From positions 246,692-310,691 of IMG/VR virus record IMGVR_UViG_3300042545_001134: a DNA stretch of 64,000 nt. One strand, written 5' to 3'. Below, in pieces: positions 50,440 through 59,088 of this stretch. A model generated the notes under the pieces. It ran no database searches. It had not been told where the DNA came from and saw only the letters and a program-made list of their open reading frames with translations. Position 1 is the stretch's first letter; the number at the start of each line of letters is the position of its first letter. A program made the translations under genes and the position numbers.

Positions 50440-52067
50440 AGATTAACCTTACTACCTATTAAGAAGAAAGATAAAATAGGAATTTCGGGGTTCGAACTTA
50501 TATTCGCCTTATAATTCATGTTTATTTTAAATCTTTTTGAGATTTGATAATCAAATCCACTACCCAAGAATCCACTAAAAAATCTATCGGTTATTGTTAC
50601 TTGTTCTTTTGTTGAGTAAACCAACGGTGTTGACATTACATATAATTCGGGTGACACCATTAATTTTTTACCGACCTTAAACGGTCTGGTGTAAAACGCA
50701 GTTACAGATGGTGAATAATAACCACTCTTATCTTCTGAAATGATTGATACCGCACCACTTACGTTAAAACCCGTAACACCCCATTTACCTGCGTTTAAAA
50801 TACCACTATATCCTAAGAAACCAAGTATATTTCCATAGGTGTATACACCAGTTAGACTAGCGTTATGTATGTACTTTATTGTGTTCTTTTTATTGTAATG
50901 TAACTTAGTATATTTTGTCGATATCGCAAATTGATTAAGATTTGCCCAAATCATAGCGGTCGCCCCGAAACTCGATAAACCTGTCATTGATGACCTGTTT
51001 GCACTCAAGTTAAGAATTGGAGTAAATGTTTTATTTAAATTTTGTGCGGTTGTTAAATCAGAAGAAACAATCAATGGATTTGAACTACCTGATTTACCAC
51101 CACCTGATTTACCACCACCTGATTTACCACCACCCGATTTACCACCACCTGAACTACCACCACCACTACCATTATCGTTGTGAGCGTCATTATTCATTGT
51201 TGTGGTTGCCCCAACCTCTTCATTACTTTGACTGTTTGAATTGTTACCCGACCCCGTTCCACCACCTGTTGTACTTCCGCCTGTGGTTCCACCCGAACTA
51301 CCCGTAGAACTACCATTACCACCGGTTCCACTTCCACCTGTTGTACTACCGCCAGTTGTTCCTGAACCACCCGTTCCACTTCCTCCTGTTGTACTACCGC
51401 CAGTTGTTCCTGAACCACCTACAGGTGGCTGAGACGAGCCACTTCCCCCTTGAGGTGGGTTACTTGAACCTGTGCTGTTTCCTCCCTGTGTTCCAGTTGA
51501 ACCTCCCTGAGAAGAATTAGTTCCTCCAGTCGACCCAGTAGTTCCTCCTGAACCTTGGGATTGACCTCCATTCTCGCCTCCCTGAGAAGACGAACCACTT
51601 CCGTTATTGTTATTACCTGACCCATTTGAATTTCCATTAGATTGTTTATTCCCATCTTTTTTATTATTCCCACCGGCATTAAGATTACCCCCACTCGATG
51701 ATGATTGAGCGGATGACATAATACTACCAACAACCGATTGTACGGTACTACTAATAATTTGGGATGTGATTTGATTTTGTGTTACTTGACCTTGTTGTTG
51801 TGAACATGGGTTTGTTTGACGATACTCGGAGTATGTTTGATTAACCCAACTTGAGAATACTCCACTGGCAACATCCGCAGCGGTAAAGTATTGACTTTTA
51901 TTTAAAAAAAATATTGTAGTACCACCTTGTAATGGTACGGTAAAAAGAGTTACTTCTTTTGTACATGGGTCGATAAATGTTTGCACCGACACCTGAGCCT
52001 TTATATTCTGACTAAACAGAACAAAAAAACTTATAAAAAATAATGTCTTTATTGTTTTCCAATACAT
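50436..52067 (-). CDS. Secreted protein with long Gly/Ser/Thr linker and C-terminal beta-barrel-like region
   Basis: Signal peptide, ~200 aa G/S/T/N low complexity including GGGKS x3-4, then alternating strands ending GSKVNL. Confidence 0.7.
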   Translation of the reverse strand: MYWKTIKTLFFISFFVLFSQNIKAQVSVQTFIDPCTKEVTLFTVPLQGGTTIFFLNKSQYFTAADVASGVFSSWVNQTYSEYRQTNPCSQQQGQVTQNQITSQIISSTVQSVVGSIMSSAQSSSSGGNLNAGGNNKKDGNKQSNGNSNGSGNNNNGSGSSSQGGENGGQSQGSGGTTGSTGGTNSSQGGSTGTQGGNSTGSSNPPQGGSGSSQPPVGGSGTTGGSTTGGSGTGGSGTTGGSTTGGSGTGGNGSSTGSSGGTTGGSTTGGGTGSGNNSNSQSNEEVGATTTMNNDAHNDNGSGGGSSGGGKSGGGKSGGGKSGGGKSGSSNPLIVSSDLTTAQNLNKTFTPILNLSANRSSMTGLSSFGATAMIWANLNQFAISTKYTKLHYNKKNTIKYIHNASLTGVYTYGNILGFLGYSGILNAGKWGVTGFNVSGAVSIISEDKSGYYSPSVTAFYTRPFKVGKKLMVSPELYVMSTPLVYSTKEQVTITDRFFSGFLGSGFDYQISKRFKINMNYKANISSNPEIPILSFFLIGSKVNL

Positions 52068-52080
52068 AATAATAAATACT

Positions 52081-52104
52081 AAAAAGGGGGTTATTAACCC
52101 CCCA
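52081..52104 (-). terminator. Putative intrinsic terminator
   Basis: GGGGGTT-AAT-AACCCCC plus U tract on the minus strand. Confidence 0.55.
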
Positions 52105-52135
52105 AATTTTTAATTATCAATAATAAAAAATAACA

Positions 52136-52903
52136 TTAATTAGGAAAAACACCCTTCTTAATCATCCTAAGTAGGATTCTACTACATGCGATGTCCAATG
52201 ATTTTTTTGTTGCGATTCCAATTGTTGATTGGTTGAATTTTACTTCACTTAGATTATCATCGTTTAATAAACTTAATTCTCTTACCGTCGTCGCCTCACC
52301 CAAACCACTAGCACCAATAATGGCACCCGTTTCTGCGTCTGTGAATCGAACTTGCATACCAATACGAGTTGTTACAGTATTTTTAACTCCATTTGCCATG
52401 TTTACTGTTTCATCTTCACTAACAGAATAATCATATAGTTCAATTGTAACAAAGTAATGTGCCAAACGTATTTTACCTCTACCGTTTAAAGTATCTTGGG
52501 AAATACCCGCTTGAGATGCTTGGAATTGTTTTACCATTCTATTCTTAATCTCTGTTTTATCCTCAGTGAAAATAAAACGATTAAGATTCTCAAGATATTC
52601 AAGTGTCATATTCGCAACACCCAAACCAACTTTCTTTTCCTTTAGTTCAGGGTATAGTTCATATACCTCATCACTAATACCGATTTTTAATATCTGTATT
52701 GGAATTTGAGGTCCCTCATAATCCATTAAAGAATCGATATTAACACTGGTTTCAAAAGATGCCTTATATTGTTCTGTTTGTGTTTTACCGATAGTTTGTG
52801 CGGTTGCCTTATTGGCAAACGCAAACATTAAAAGAAACCATAAGATAACAACCATGATTGGCATCAAATATTGTTTTACTTTATCGTTATTTAATAGTTT
52901 CAT
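52136..52903 (-). CDS. CsgG/HfaB-family-like protein
   Basis: GLGVANM..E.L...NRF...E......., A.YFV...L.DY, IGMQVRFTDAETGAII. Confidence 0.65.
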   Translation of the reverse strand: MKLLNNDKVKQYLMPIMVVILWFLLMFAFANKATAQTIGKTQTEQYKASFETSVNIDSLMDYEGPQIPIQILKIGISDEVYELYPELKEKKVGLGVANMTLEYLENLNRFIFTEDKTEIKNRMVKQFQASQAGISQDTLNGRGKIRLAHYFVTIELYDYSVSEDETVNMANGVKNTVTTRIGMQVRFTDAETGAIIGASGLGEATTVRELSLLNDDNLSEVKFNQSTIGIATKKSLDIACSRILLRMIKKGVFPN

Positions 52904-52904
52904 A

Positions 52905-53459
52905 TTATAAACTGCCTTCTTCTTTTATTTTTCCGCACTTTAAACATTCTTCTTCACCATCTCCGTCAGCATCACCCCAAACGTGTTCACACTGTCTGTG
53001 GTCAAAATACTCATCGATGATTCCGTCGTTGTCAAAGTCTAATCCGTCCATAACACCATCTCCATCTTCATCGATTTCAACACCTTTTTTGGCAACTTGG
53101 ACAGGTTGTTCAAGTTCCTCGATTATGGGTGACGATGTTGGTCCACTTGGTATATCAGACGTGTTTGATATCGAAATACCGTCCTCCTCATCCATTTTCT
53201 GAACTAACATTTTATCCTTATCGGTATCACTAAACCAATAGTCAATGATTTTCCCGTAAGAACCAATAAATGCACCTAATAAAAGGAGTAAAAGTTCTTT
53301 CCACTCTCCTTCAATTGGTGATTTGGAGAATATCGCAAAAAACATTCCGCCAACGATGAACATGAACCCACCTAATACTAAAGCGGTAATGTACCATCTT
53401 CTACGCATCATTGCATATAATAATTGCTTAAATCCGTCTGGTTGTTGTGTATTTGACAT
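52905..53459 (-). CDS. Two-TM membrane protein with Ca-binding DxDxDG loops
   Basis: Two hydrophobic helices; DEDGDG, DFDNDG, DADGDG; CEH...CLKC. Confidence 0.7.
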   Translation of the reverse strand: MSNTQQPDGFKQLLYAMMRRRWYITALVLGGFMFIVGGMFFAIFSKSPIEGEWKELLLLLLGAFIGSYGKIIDYWFSDTDKDKMLVQKMDEEDGISISNTSDIPSGPTSSPIIEELEQPVQVAKKGVEIDEDGDGVMDGLDFDNDGIIDEYFDHRQCEHVWGDADGDGEEECLKCGKIKEEGSL

Positions 53460-53483
53460 ATTTCTTTTTTTTACTTTAAATTA

Positions 53484-53804
53484 TTACCATTTTGGCTCTT
53501 CAGCCGCAAATTCGTCTTTTTTCTTTTCTTTAGGTTTTTCAGCTGGTGCTGATGCCGCTGGTTTTTCAACAACTCTTTCAATCACTTTGGTTGTACCACC
53601 TGATTGTTGTTGTTGGTTAGCGTTACTGTTAGTAATGTTAATAACGGGTGCTGCTTGTTGAACTGGTTGTGCTTCTTCAGCACCTCCACCTAACATTGTT
53701 GCGAACCATGTACCGGCGCCTAATACTGCTGTTGACAATACACCGATTATGGTTTTTTTAAGTCCTGTCCAAGTTCCTTCTTGTTCTTGTGTTTCTTCGC
53801 TCAT
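53484..53804 (-). CDS. Single-TM hypothetical protein
   Basis: 106 aa ORF in operon. Confidence 0.7.
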   Translation of the reverse strand: MSEETQEQEGTWTGLKKTIIGVLSTAVLGAGTWFATMLGGGAEEAQPVQQAAPVINITNSNANQQQQSGGTTKVIERVVEKPAASAPAEKPKEKKKDEFAAEEPKW

Positions 53805-53808
53805 AAGT

Positions 53809-55716
53809 TTAGAGTTTTATAAATTGTTTTGTTAATTGGTTATTTTGATTGTTTAATACTAAATAGTAGTGACCCGTACTTGATGATGTCATGTCAATTT
53901 GTTTGTATCCCACTGTGGAACCTTGACCTGAAATTTCACCAATGTGTTTCACCAATCTACCTTGCATATCATAAATACTACCATTTAACTTAATATTCGG
54001 GTCGGGGAAAAGAACCTCAATCTCAAACCATCCTGTTACTGGATTTGGTCTAATAAGTGCGCTAATTTCTTTAAATTCACCGGGTAAAGTGGTTGGTGAC
54101 ATTTTATAGAAAAGTGTGGTCACTTGACTTGCTAAGTTTATTTCCAAATGGTCACCGTTATTATCAGATGCATCCATTAATTTTCTCACATAAATGTTTG
54201 TACTAACATCAACATTACCAATTGGACTAAATTTTATTTTAAATGGAGTGTGTGAACCAACCAATCCGTCTTTTTGTTGGTTGTTCATACCACCGAATCT
54301 GATGGTTCCCGCGGCCTCATCATGAGTTAAGTATTGTAACCAAGGACCACCATTAAAGTTGGAAACTATTTCATCAAATTTAACCTTTGTTTTATCGTAC
54401 TTCATCTCAAACTGTAAACCGTAGTTTTGGTCACCATTTGTGTTGATGTTAAATGGAACATACATTGGTTGTCCAAGTGATGATGTATTAGGAATTTCAA
54501 CATCTAATTTACCTTTATAAACCGCCTTAGCAACTAATACACCTGAACTGTTATAAACAGGAGATGAATAAGTTCTATCAACGTCACCTAATACAAAGTA
54601 CTTAATATCGATGTTAGTTAAGTTAGTGGTACCAATACTATCCACAACATAATTGTATGCGGTTGAGTGGTTTGTCCATTCTGTCCATTGGTTAGCGCCT
54701 AACACTAATGAATCAAATACATTTCTGTGGAATGCGTGAATCATTGTGGTTGTGTCAATCTTTTTAAGACCACTTATGTTTGCGTAAATCAAATAAGGGT
54801 CACCACCATCGATTTTACCGTTTTTGTTAACATCACCAATCAAATACGCCAAACCATGTTTCAAGTAGTTTTGTGATGGTGTTTGACTAACATCGGTAAC
54901 CGAATATTCATCATATGTTTTAACCGCATCAGATATAGTAACACCATAATCTCTAATAGTAGTCATACTATCTGCTGGGAATCTTACTGTTAATTTATAT
55001 TTTGTATTTTTATCTACGTTGTTAAGAGAGTAAAGACCTGCAGTATCCACTTGTTGTGAAGATACAAATTCACCTGTGTTAAATTTAGTACAAATGATTG
55101 TAGGTCTCATTCCAACACCTACCATAGTAGGTGGTAACCATACTTTACCACTAATAACCAAGTTACCCAAAAGTTCAAGATGCATATCCTGTACGTTCAA
55201 GGTCGCAATGTTATCACCAATTGTGGTACCATCAAATTTGAACATACGAGCCCAGTTAATTTCAAGACTATCCGCGTTGAAGTTTGATGTAACATCATTT
55301 ATGATAAATTTGTTATGTATTAAGAAAGTATCCGCAGTAATCTGAGAACCACTTGATAATACTAAGTAATTTCTGGCAACAGTGTAGTTAGTATCGGTTG
55401 CATATGTGTACGAACTTGTACTTGAGTTGTAACCCGAATACTTGTAGTCATTAAAGAACTTAATAGACAACGAAGGGGTCATACTACTAACGGTAGCGTC
55501 AACAGTTGTTGATACGTGAGTAAAAAGTTGTTTTCTATATTGAAAATCAACTTGGAAGGTTCTTATGTCCACAGATGACGATGCGTCATATTTGAACACC
55601 ACATCTAATGTGTCTCCTCTTTTAATGGTTTTATAGGCAACTGGGTTACCTATACCTTGTGCAAATGCCGACGATGATGTAATTAATACAACAAGGGCTA
55701 AAATTAGTTTTTTCAT
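53809..55716 (-). CDS. T9SS-tagged scaffold protein: cohesin-like, Ig-like, dockerin-like, cohesin-like, T9SS type A CTD
   Basis: Signal peptide; GDTLDV...FQVDFQY; GDVNKNGKIDGGD; VPF.I.....YGLQFEMKYD..KVKF; IRPNP...IYDMQGRLV...GHYYLVL...TKQFIKL. Confidence 0.8.
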   Translation of the reverse strand: MKKLILALVVLITSSSAFAQGIGNPVAYKTIKRGDTLDVVFKYDASSSVDIRTFQVDFQYRKQLFTHVSTTVDATVSSMTPSLSIKFFNDYKYSGYNSSTSSYTYATDTNYTVARNYLVLSSGSQITADTFLIHNKFIINDVTSNFNADSLEINWARMFKFDGTTIGDNIATLNVQDMHLELLGNLVISGKVWLPPTMVGVGMRPTIICTKFNTGEFVSSQQVDTAGLYSLNNVDKNTKYKLTVRFPADSMTTIRDYGVTISDAVKTYDEYSVTDVSQTPSQNYLKHGLAYLIGDVNKNGKIDGGDPYLIYANISGLKKIDTTTMIHAFHRNVFDSLVLGANQWTEWTNHSTAYNYVVDSIGTTNLTNIDIKYFVLGDVDRTYSSPVYNSSGVLVAKAVYKGKLDVEIPNTSSLGQPMYVPFNINTNGDQNYGLQFEMKYDKTKVKFDEIVSNFNGGPWLQYLTHDEAAGTIRFGGMNNQQKDGLVGSHTPFKIKFSPIGNVDVSTNIYVRKLMDASDNNGDHLEINLASQVTTLFYKMSPTTLPGEFKEISALIRPNPVTGWFEIEVLFPDPNIKLNGSIYDMQGRLVKHIGEISGQGSTVGYKQIDMTSSSTGHYYLVLNNQNNQLTKQFIKL

Positions 55717-56213
55717 AGTAGTTTATCGAGTAAGTTTATTGTTGTTTTCTTTATTGCAGAACTTGCGGATTCTTGATTGAATTTACCTCCCTCATCAATA
55801 ATGATTGTTGAAGTTGATATTTCAGTCGATTTACCTTCCGCAAATTCAGTTTTAATTTTTTTATCTCCTTTATAGAGAACACCCTTCATTCTAATGACGG
55901 TGGTACTTTTATCTTGGTGAAATACAGCAATTCCTGATTTAGTATTGACGATATCAAAGAATATTAATTCAACCTGTATTGAGTATTCGGCCTTTTCTTT
56001 TACCCCAATCAAGACCAAACTATCTTGTTCATTTATTATTTCTTGAACAATGTTTTTTACTCCAAACGCCAAATTTTTGTTACCAACAAGAGTACCAACA
56101 CGGATGTTGTTAATCACGGGTTCAACAAAAATAGTCGGTCCTGTCTGAGCAGTTACGCTCAAAAAGGGACATAGGAATAGCACAGAAAAAATTATACTTT
56201 TGATAAGTCTCAT
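55713..56213 (-). CDS. Secreted protein (possible CsgG/TolB-N-like alpha-beta fold)
   Basis: Signal peptide; GVKNIVQE and FNQES.S.AIKK echo the 255-aa CsgG-like protein. Confidence 0.55.
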   Translation of the reverse strand: MRLIKSIIFSVLFLCPFLSVTAQTGPTIFVEPVINNIRVGTLVGNKNLAFGVKNIVQEIINEQDSLVLIGVKEKAEYSIQVELIFFDIVNTKSGIAVFHQDKSTTVIRMKGVLYKGDKKIKTEFAEGKSTEISTSTIIIDEGGKFNQESASSAIKKTTINLLDKLL

Positions 56214-56237
56214 GGTTAAACAGTGGAATAAATTAGA

Positions 56238-56498
56238 TTATTCAGAGATTTCGTCTTCCGATTTTTTATTCTTGTTGTTAATCCACTTATCGACAGATGC
56301 GATACCGAATGAACCTAACGTGATTACTAAAAATCCGTCAAAGATAAATTCGTTAATTAGTAATTCTTTACCCATCCAACCTGTAATAAGGTCAACGAAT
56401 AGAGAGATTACCATCATGAGAAACGCGATGAATCCCACTACTGATTTCTCGTTAATTGTGTTGTTATCGTTAAATAACTGGCTGAAAAATTTTTTCAT
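56238..56498 (-). CDS. Small two-TM membrane protein
   Basis: Two hydrophobic helices; first gene of the operon. Confidence 0.7.
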   Translation of the reverse strand: MKKFFSQLFNDNNTINEKSVVGFIAFLMMVISLFVDLITGWMGKELLINEFIFDGFLVITLGSFGIASVDKWINNKNKKSEDEISE

Positions 56499-56632
56499 AG
56501 TTGTAGTTTGTGTTTGTTTTTATGTTTGGTTATCAATAAATATCCCGGCAAAGTGTTAAGGAAAAAAAATTCGAGAAAATCAAGTCTAAAAAAATTTTAT
56601 ATCTTTTTTGATACTTTTCTTTGTTTTTTGCA

Positions 56633-56650
56633 TACTTATTGTTATCTTTG
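56633..56650 (+). promoter_or_regulatory. Promoter elements for tRNA array 1 (TACTTAT and TATCTTTG)
   Basis: Late-like TAYTTAT at 56633-56639 and Bacteroidota TAnnTTTG at 56643-56650. Confidence 0.6.
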
Positions 56651-56681
56651 TAAAAGATTTAAAAACTAAATAAAAAATTCA

Positions 56682-56771
56682 ATGACACGCAACACACATA
56701 CAATGTCGTTTACTATCTGTTCGAAATGGGCGGAAGTGATTGATATTGCCATGTCTCGAGGTGTCTTGTAA
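56682..56771 (+). CDS. Putative attenuator leader peptide 1 (29 aa, MTRNTHTMSFTICSKWAEVIDIAMSRGVL)
   Basis: ATG after an A-rich tract; contains TCTCGAGGT (56754-56762), the exact complement of the terminator 5' arm. Confidence 0.7.
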   Translation: MTRNTHTMSFTICSKWAEVIDIAMSRGVL

Positions 56772-56800
56772 GTTGTTTAGTTTTAAAACGATATTAAAGG

Positions 56801-56830
56801 AACCTCGAGAGAAATCTCGGGGTTTTTTTT
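56801..56830 (+). terminator. Intrinsic terminator/attenuator upstream of tRNA array 1
   Basis: AACCTCGAGA-GAAA-TCTCGGGGTT plus U tract, ending 6 nt before tRNA-Ala. Confidence 0.88.
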
Positions 56831-56836
56831 GTTTTA

Positions 56837-56909
56837 GGGCTGTTGGTATAGTTGGCTAACACACGACATTTGCACTGTCGAATCCCCGGTTCGAAGCCGG
56901 GACGGTCCA
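56837..56909 (+). tRNA. tRNA-Ala(TGC)
   Basis: Cloverleaf, CGACA-TT TGC AC-TGTCG, G3:U70. Confidence 0.93.
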
Positions 56910-56940
56910 CAAAGTGTTCTTTGACATATTGGTTTAATTT

Positions 56941-57013
56941 GGTACCGTAGCTCAGTTGGTAGAGCGTCGCCCTGAAGAGGCGAGCGTCACTGGTTCGAAT
57001 CCGGTCGGTACCA
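56941..57013 (+). tRNA. tRNA-Phe(GAA)
   Basis: TCGCC-CT GAA GA-GGCGA. Confidence 0.93.
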
Positions 57014-57018
57014 CATTT

Positions 57019-57092
57019 GTCTCCGTAGCTCAGTTGGTTAGAGCACCTCACTTTTAATGAGGGAGTCACGCGTTCGAGTCGCGTCGGGGACA
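57019..57092 (+). tRNA. tRNA-Lys(TTT)
   Basis: CCTCA-CT TTT AA-TGAGG. Confidence 0.93.
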
Positions 57093-57094
57093 CA

Positions 57095-57229
57095 AAGGTT
57101 GATTGGGGAATGATTATGTCGATAGTTCGAGAGTGAATACTGACTGACATAATCGGAGTTTGGAGGTGTTCACCTAAGTAATGCCAATCATAAAAGTAGA
57201 TGTCCACTGAACCATCTTCTACTTTCCTT
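57095..57229 (+). ncRNA. Unassigned structured RNA A
   Basis: Helices TGATTGG/CCAATCA, GATTATGTC/GACATAATC, AAAGTAGA/TCTACTTT. Confidence 0.6.
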
Positions 57230-57234
57230 TATTT

Positions 57235-57307
57235 AGTTCCGTAGCTCAGTTGGGAGAGCATCTGCCTTACATGCAGAGGGTCACTGGTTCGAACCCAGTC
57301 GGAACTA
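57235..57307 (+). tRNA. tRNA-Val(TAC)
   Basis: TCTGC-CT TAC AT-GCAGA. Confidence 0.93.
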
Positions 57308-57316
57308 CAAATACAC

Positions 57317-57388
57317 ATGGGTGTGGTGCAATGGTTAGCATAAGAGTCTCCAAAACTTTTGATGGGAGTTCGAGTCTCTCCACCCGTG
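57317..57388 (+). tRNA. tRNA-Trp(CCA)
   Basis: AGAGT-CT CCA AA-ACTTT. Confidence 0.9.
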
Positions 57389-57409
57389 CAAACTTTAAAA
57401 ACAAATAAC

Positions 57410-57838
57410 ATGGAAAGAGATGACAACATCGATGCCGTCAAAATGAGATTTGAGGCGGAGAAAATGAAATTAAGGGAAGAAAGGGAAAAAACAATTAAAC
57501 AGTATTGGGAAAATTTACCAAAACTTAATAATCCTGAAGATGTACCAACACTCCCAAGAGTTGATGAAAAACAATGGAGGGAGTTTTATGTCCCAAAATT
57601 AATCGAAGCGGGAGCAATCCCAAAAAATGATTTAATTCATGGTCAAATTTATATTGGTGAACATAGAAACACAACCATCGCAAGATGGAATCAAGAAACA
57701 GATAAATTTGTACACATGAGATATAAGTTTGGTTGGAGAGAAGATGAATGTAATCACTTTGAGGATGATAATGGATTTGCGTTGTTTGTACCAATTAGAT
57801 TGGGTACACAAGAAGAATGGGATGAAAGAATTAAATAA
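57410..57838 (+). CDS. Hypothetical protein within the tRNA array
   Basis: Start re-assigned to ATG 57410 because the track start lies inside tRNA-Trp. Confidence 0.75.
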   Translation: MERDDNIDAVKMRFEAEKMKLREEREKTIKQYWENLPKLNNPEDVPTLPRVDEKQWREFYVPKLIEAGAIPKNDLIHGQIYIGEHRNTTIARWNQETDKFVHMRYKFGWREDECNHFEDDNGFALFVPIRLGTQEEWDERIK

Positions 57839-57845
57839 TTAAGTT

Positions 57846-57919
57846 ACTCTCGTAGTTCAATGGATTAGAACATTTCACTACGGATGAAAGGGTTGGGAGT
57901 TCGAGTCTCTCCGAGAGTA
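57846..57919 (+). tRNA. tRNA-Arg(ACG)
   Basis: TTTCA-CT ACG GA-TGAAA. Confidence 0.92.
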
Positions 57920-57925
57920 CGATAA

Positions 57926-57995
57926 GGTCAGTTTGGTCGTGGAGGCCGGTTAGTCTGCAAAATTAACGGAGTTGGTTCGATTCCAACATTGACCT
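57926..57995 (+). tRNA. tRNA-Cys(GCA)
   Basis: TTAGT-CT GCA AA-ATTAA, U73, short D-loop. Confidence 0.85.
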
Positions 57996-58001
57996 CAATA
58001 T

Positions 58002-58079
58002 GGTGGATATAGTTCAGTTGGTTAGAACGTCTGATTGTGGTTCAGAAGGTCGCCGGTTCGAATCCGGTTATTCACCCCA
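58002..58079 (+). tRNA. tRNA-His(GTG) with G-1 and encoded CCA
   Basis: TCTGA-TT GTG GT-TCAGA; G-1:C73. Confidence 0.93.
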
Positions 58080-58082
58080 TAT

Positions 58083-58156
58083 TGGAATATAACTCAGTTG
58101 GTTAGAGTGTCATCCTGATACGGTGAAAGTCGGTGGTTCGAGTCCACCTATTCCAA
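58083..58156 (+). tRNA. tRNA-Ile(GAT)
   Basis: TCATC-CT GAT AC-GGTGA. Confidence 0.92.
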
Positions 58157-58163
58157 CAAACAT

Positions 58164-58237
58164 TGCGGGGTGGTCTGGAGAGGTTCCAGCTCGGTCTCAT
58201 AAGCCGAATCACGTGGGTTCGATTCCCACTCCCGCAA
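58164..58237 (+). tRNA. tRNA-Met(CAT)
   Basis: TCGGT-CT CAT AA-GCCGA; initiator-like acceptor TGCGGGG; atypical D arm. Confidence 0.85.
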
Positions 58238-58301
58238 CTTTTTAAAAACATTTTGAAGTGTGACTTTTATTATGTATATTTGAAATGTTCTTTGATTTAA
58301 T

Positions 58302-58378
58302 GCCTCCTTAGCTCAGTTGGCCGGAGCGCCTCACTTGTAATGAGGATGTCGGCGGTTCGAATCCGTCAGGAGGCTCCA
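58302..58378 (+). tRNA. tRNA-Thr(TGT) with encoded CCA
   Basis: CCTCA-CT TGT AA-TGAGG. Confidence 0.93.
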
Positions 58379-58380
58379 TT

Positions 58381-58453
58381 GGTCCCGTGGTTGAATGGTT
58401 ACAATTCCACCCTGTCACGGTGCGAGGTACGGGTTCGAATCCCGTCGGGACCG
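58381..58453 (+). tRNA. tRNA-Asp(GTC)
   Basis: CACC-CT GTC AC-GGTG, G73. Confidence 0.92.
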
Positions 58454-58455
58454 CG

Positions 58456-58660
58456 TTGAGTAAGAGATACTCACTAAGTTTGGTAACGTTCTTTCAAGAT
58501 GTTATAGTTGTCGCCTTCCACAACTTTAAAGAGGAGGTCGTCGGAGTATGGTCGTAACAAAACCACCGAGTATGTTTGACGTTTATGTGCGGGTAAGACC
58601 GTCTCGTGTTTTCAATACGAAAACAGAAGAAAAATCTACTCATTGGAATCTCAGGTGGGA
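58456..58660 (+). ncRNA. Unassigned structured RNA B
   Basis: Hairpins TGAGTA/TACTCA, TAACGTT/GATGTTA, AGTTGT/ACAACT, TGTTTTC/GAAAACA; GC-richer than flanks; no ORF. Confidence 0.5.
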
Positions 58661-58665
58661 AAATT

Positions 58666-58751
58666 GGAAGGATGGCAGAGTTGGTCTATCGCATCGGTCT
58701 TGAAAACCGAAGTACTGAAAGGTACCGTGGGTTCGAATCCTACTCCTTCCG
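58666..58751 (+). tRNA. tRNA-Ser(TGA)
   Basis: TCGGT-CT TGA AA-ACCGA, long variable arm. Confidence 0.93.
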
Positions 58752-58797
58752 CAAACGATTGTTGTTCTTTGACAAATTAAAAACAAAATTAAAAGAT

Positions 58798-59088
58798 ATG
58801 GATACATTATCATTTATTTTAGGAATGTCCTCGGTGGTGGTTATCGCAATTGCGGTAGTTGCTGTTAAAGGATTTTTTAAGGTCAGAAATGTTGAGAAAC
58901 ACTTCAATGAATACAAACAAAACTTTACAGTTGAGTTTGATAATAGAACAAAAGATATTCATGATAGTATGAATCGTGTGAATGATGAATTACATCGTAG
59001 AATTGATAACACAGAAAGAGAAGTCTTTTCCCAATTAGACTCTCGATTAGATAAATTGGAAACTAAGTTAACGAGCCGTAAGGCATAA
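58798..59088 (+). CDS. Single-TM coiled-coil protein
   Basis: Start re-assigned to ATG 58798 (MDTLSFILG...). Confidence 0.75.
   Translation: MDTLSFILGMSSVVVIAIAVVAVKGFFKVRNVEKHFNEYKQNFTVEFDNRTKDIHDSMNRVNDELHRRIDNTEREVFSQLDSRLDKLETKLTSRKA

Noticed and set aside
51088-51420. Tandem repeats as a CRISPR array
   Set aside because: They are in-frame Gly/Ser linker repeats with no unique spacers, and no cas genes are present in the window
58551-58560. GTCGTAACAA identical to a conserved 16S rRNA 3' segment
   Set aside because: Only 10 nt with non-matching flanks, which is plausible by chance
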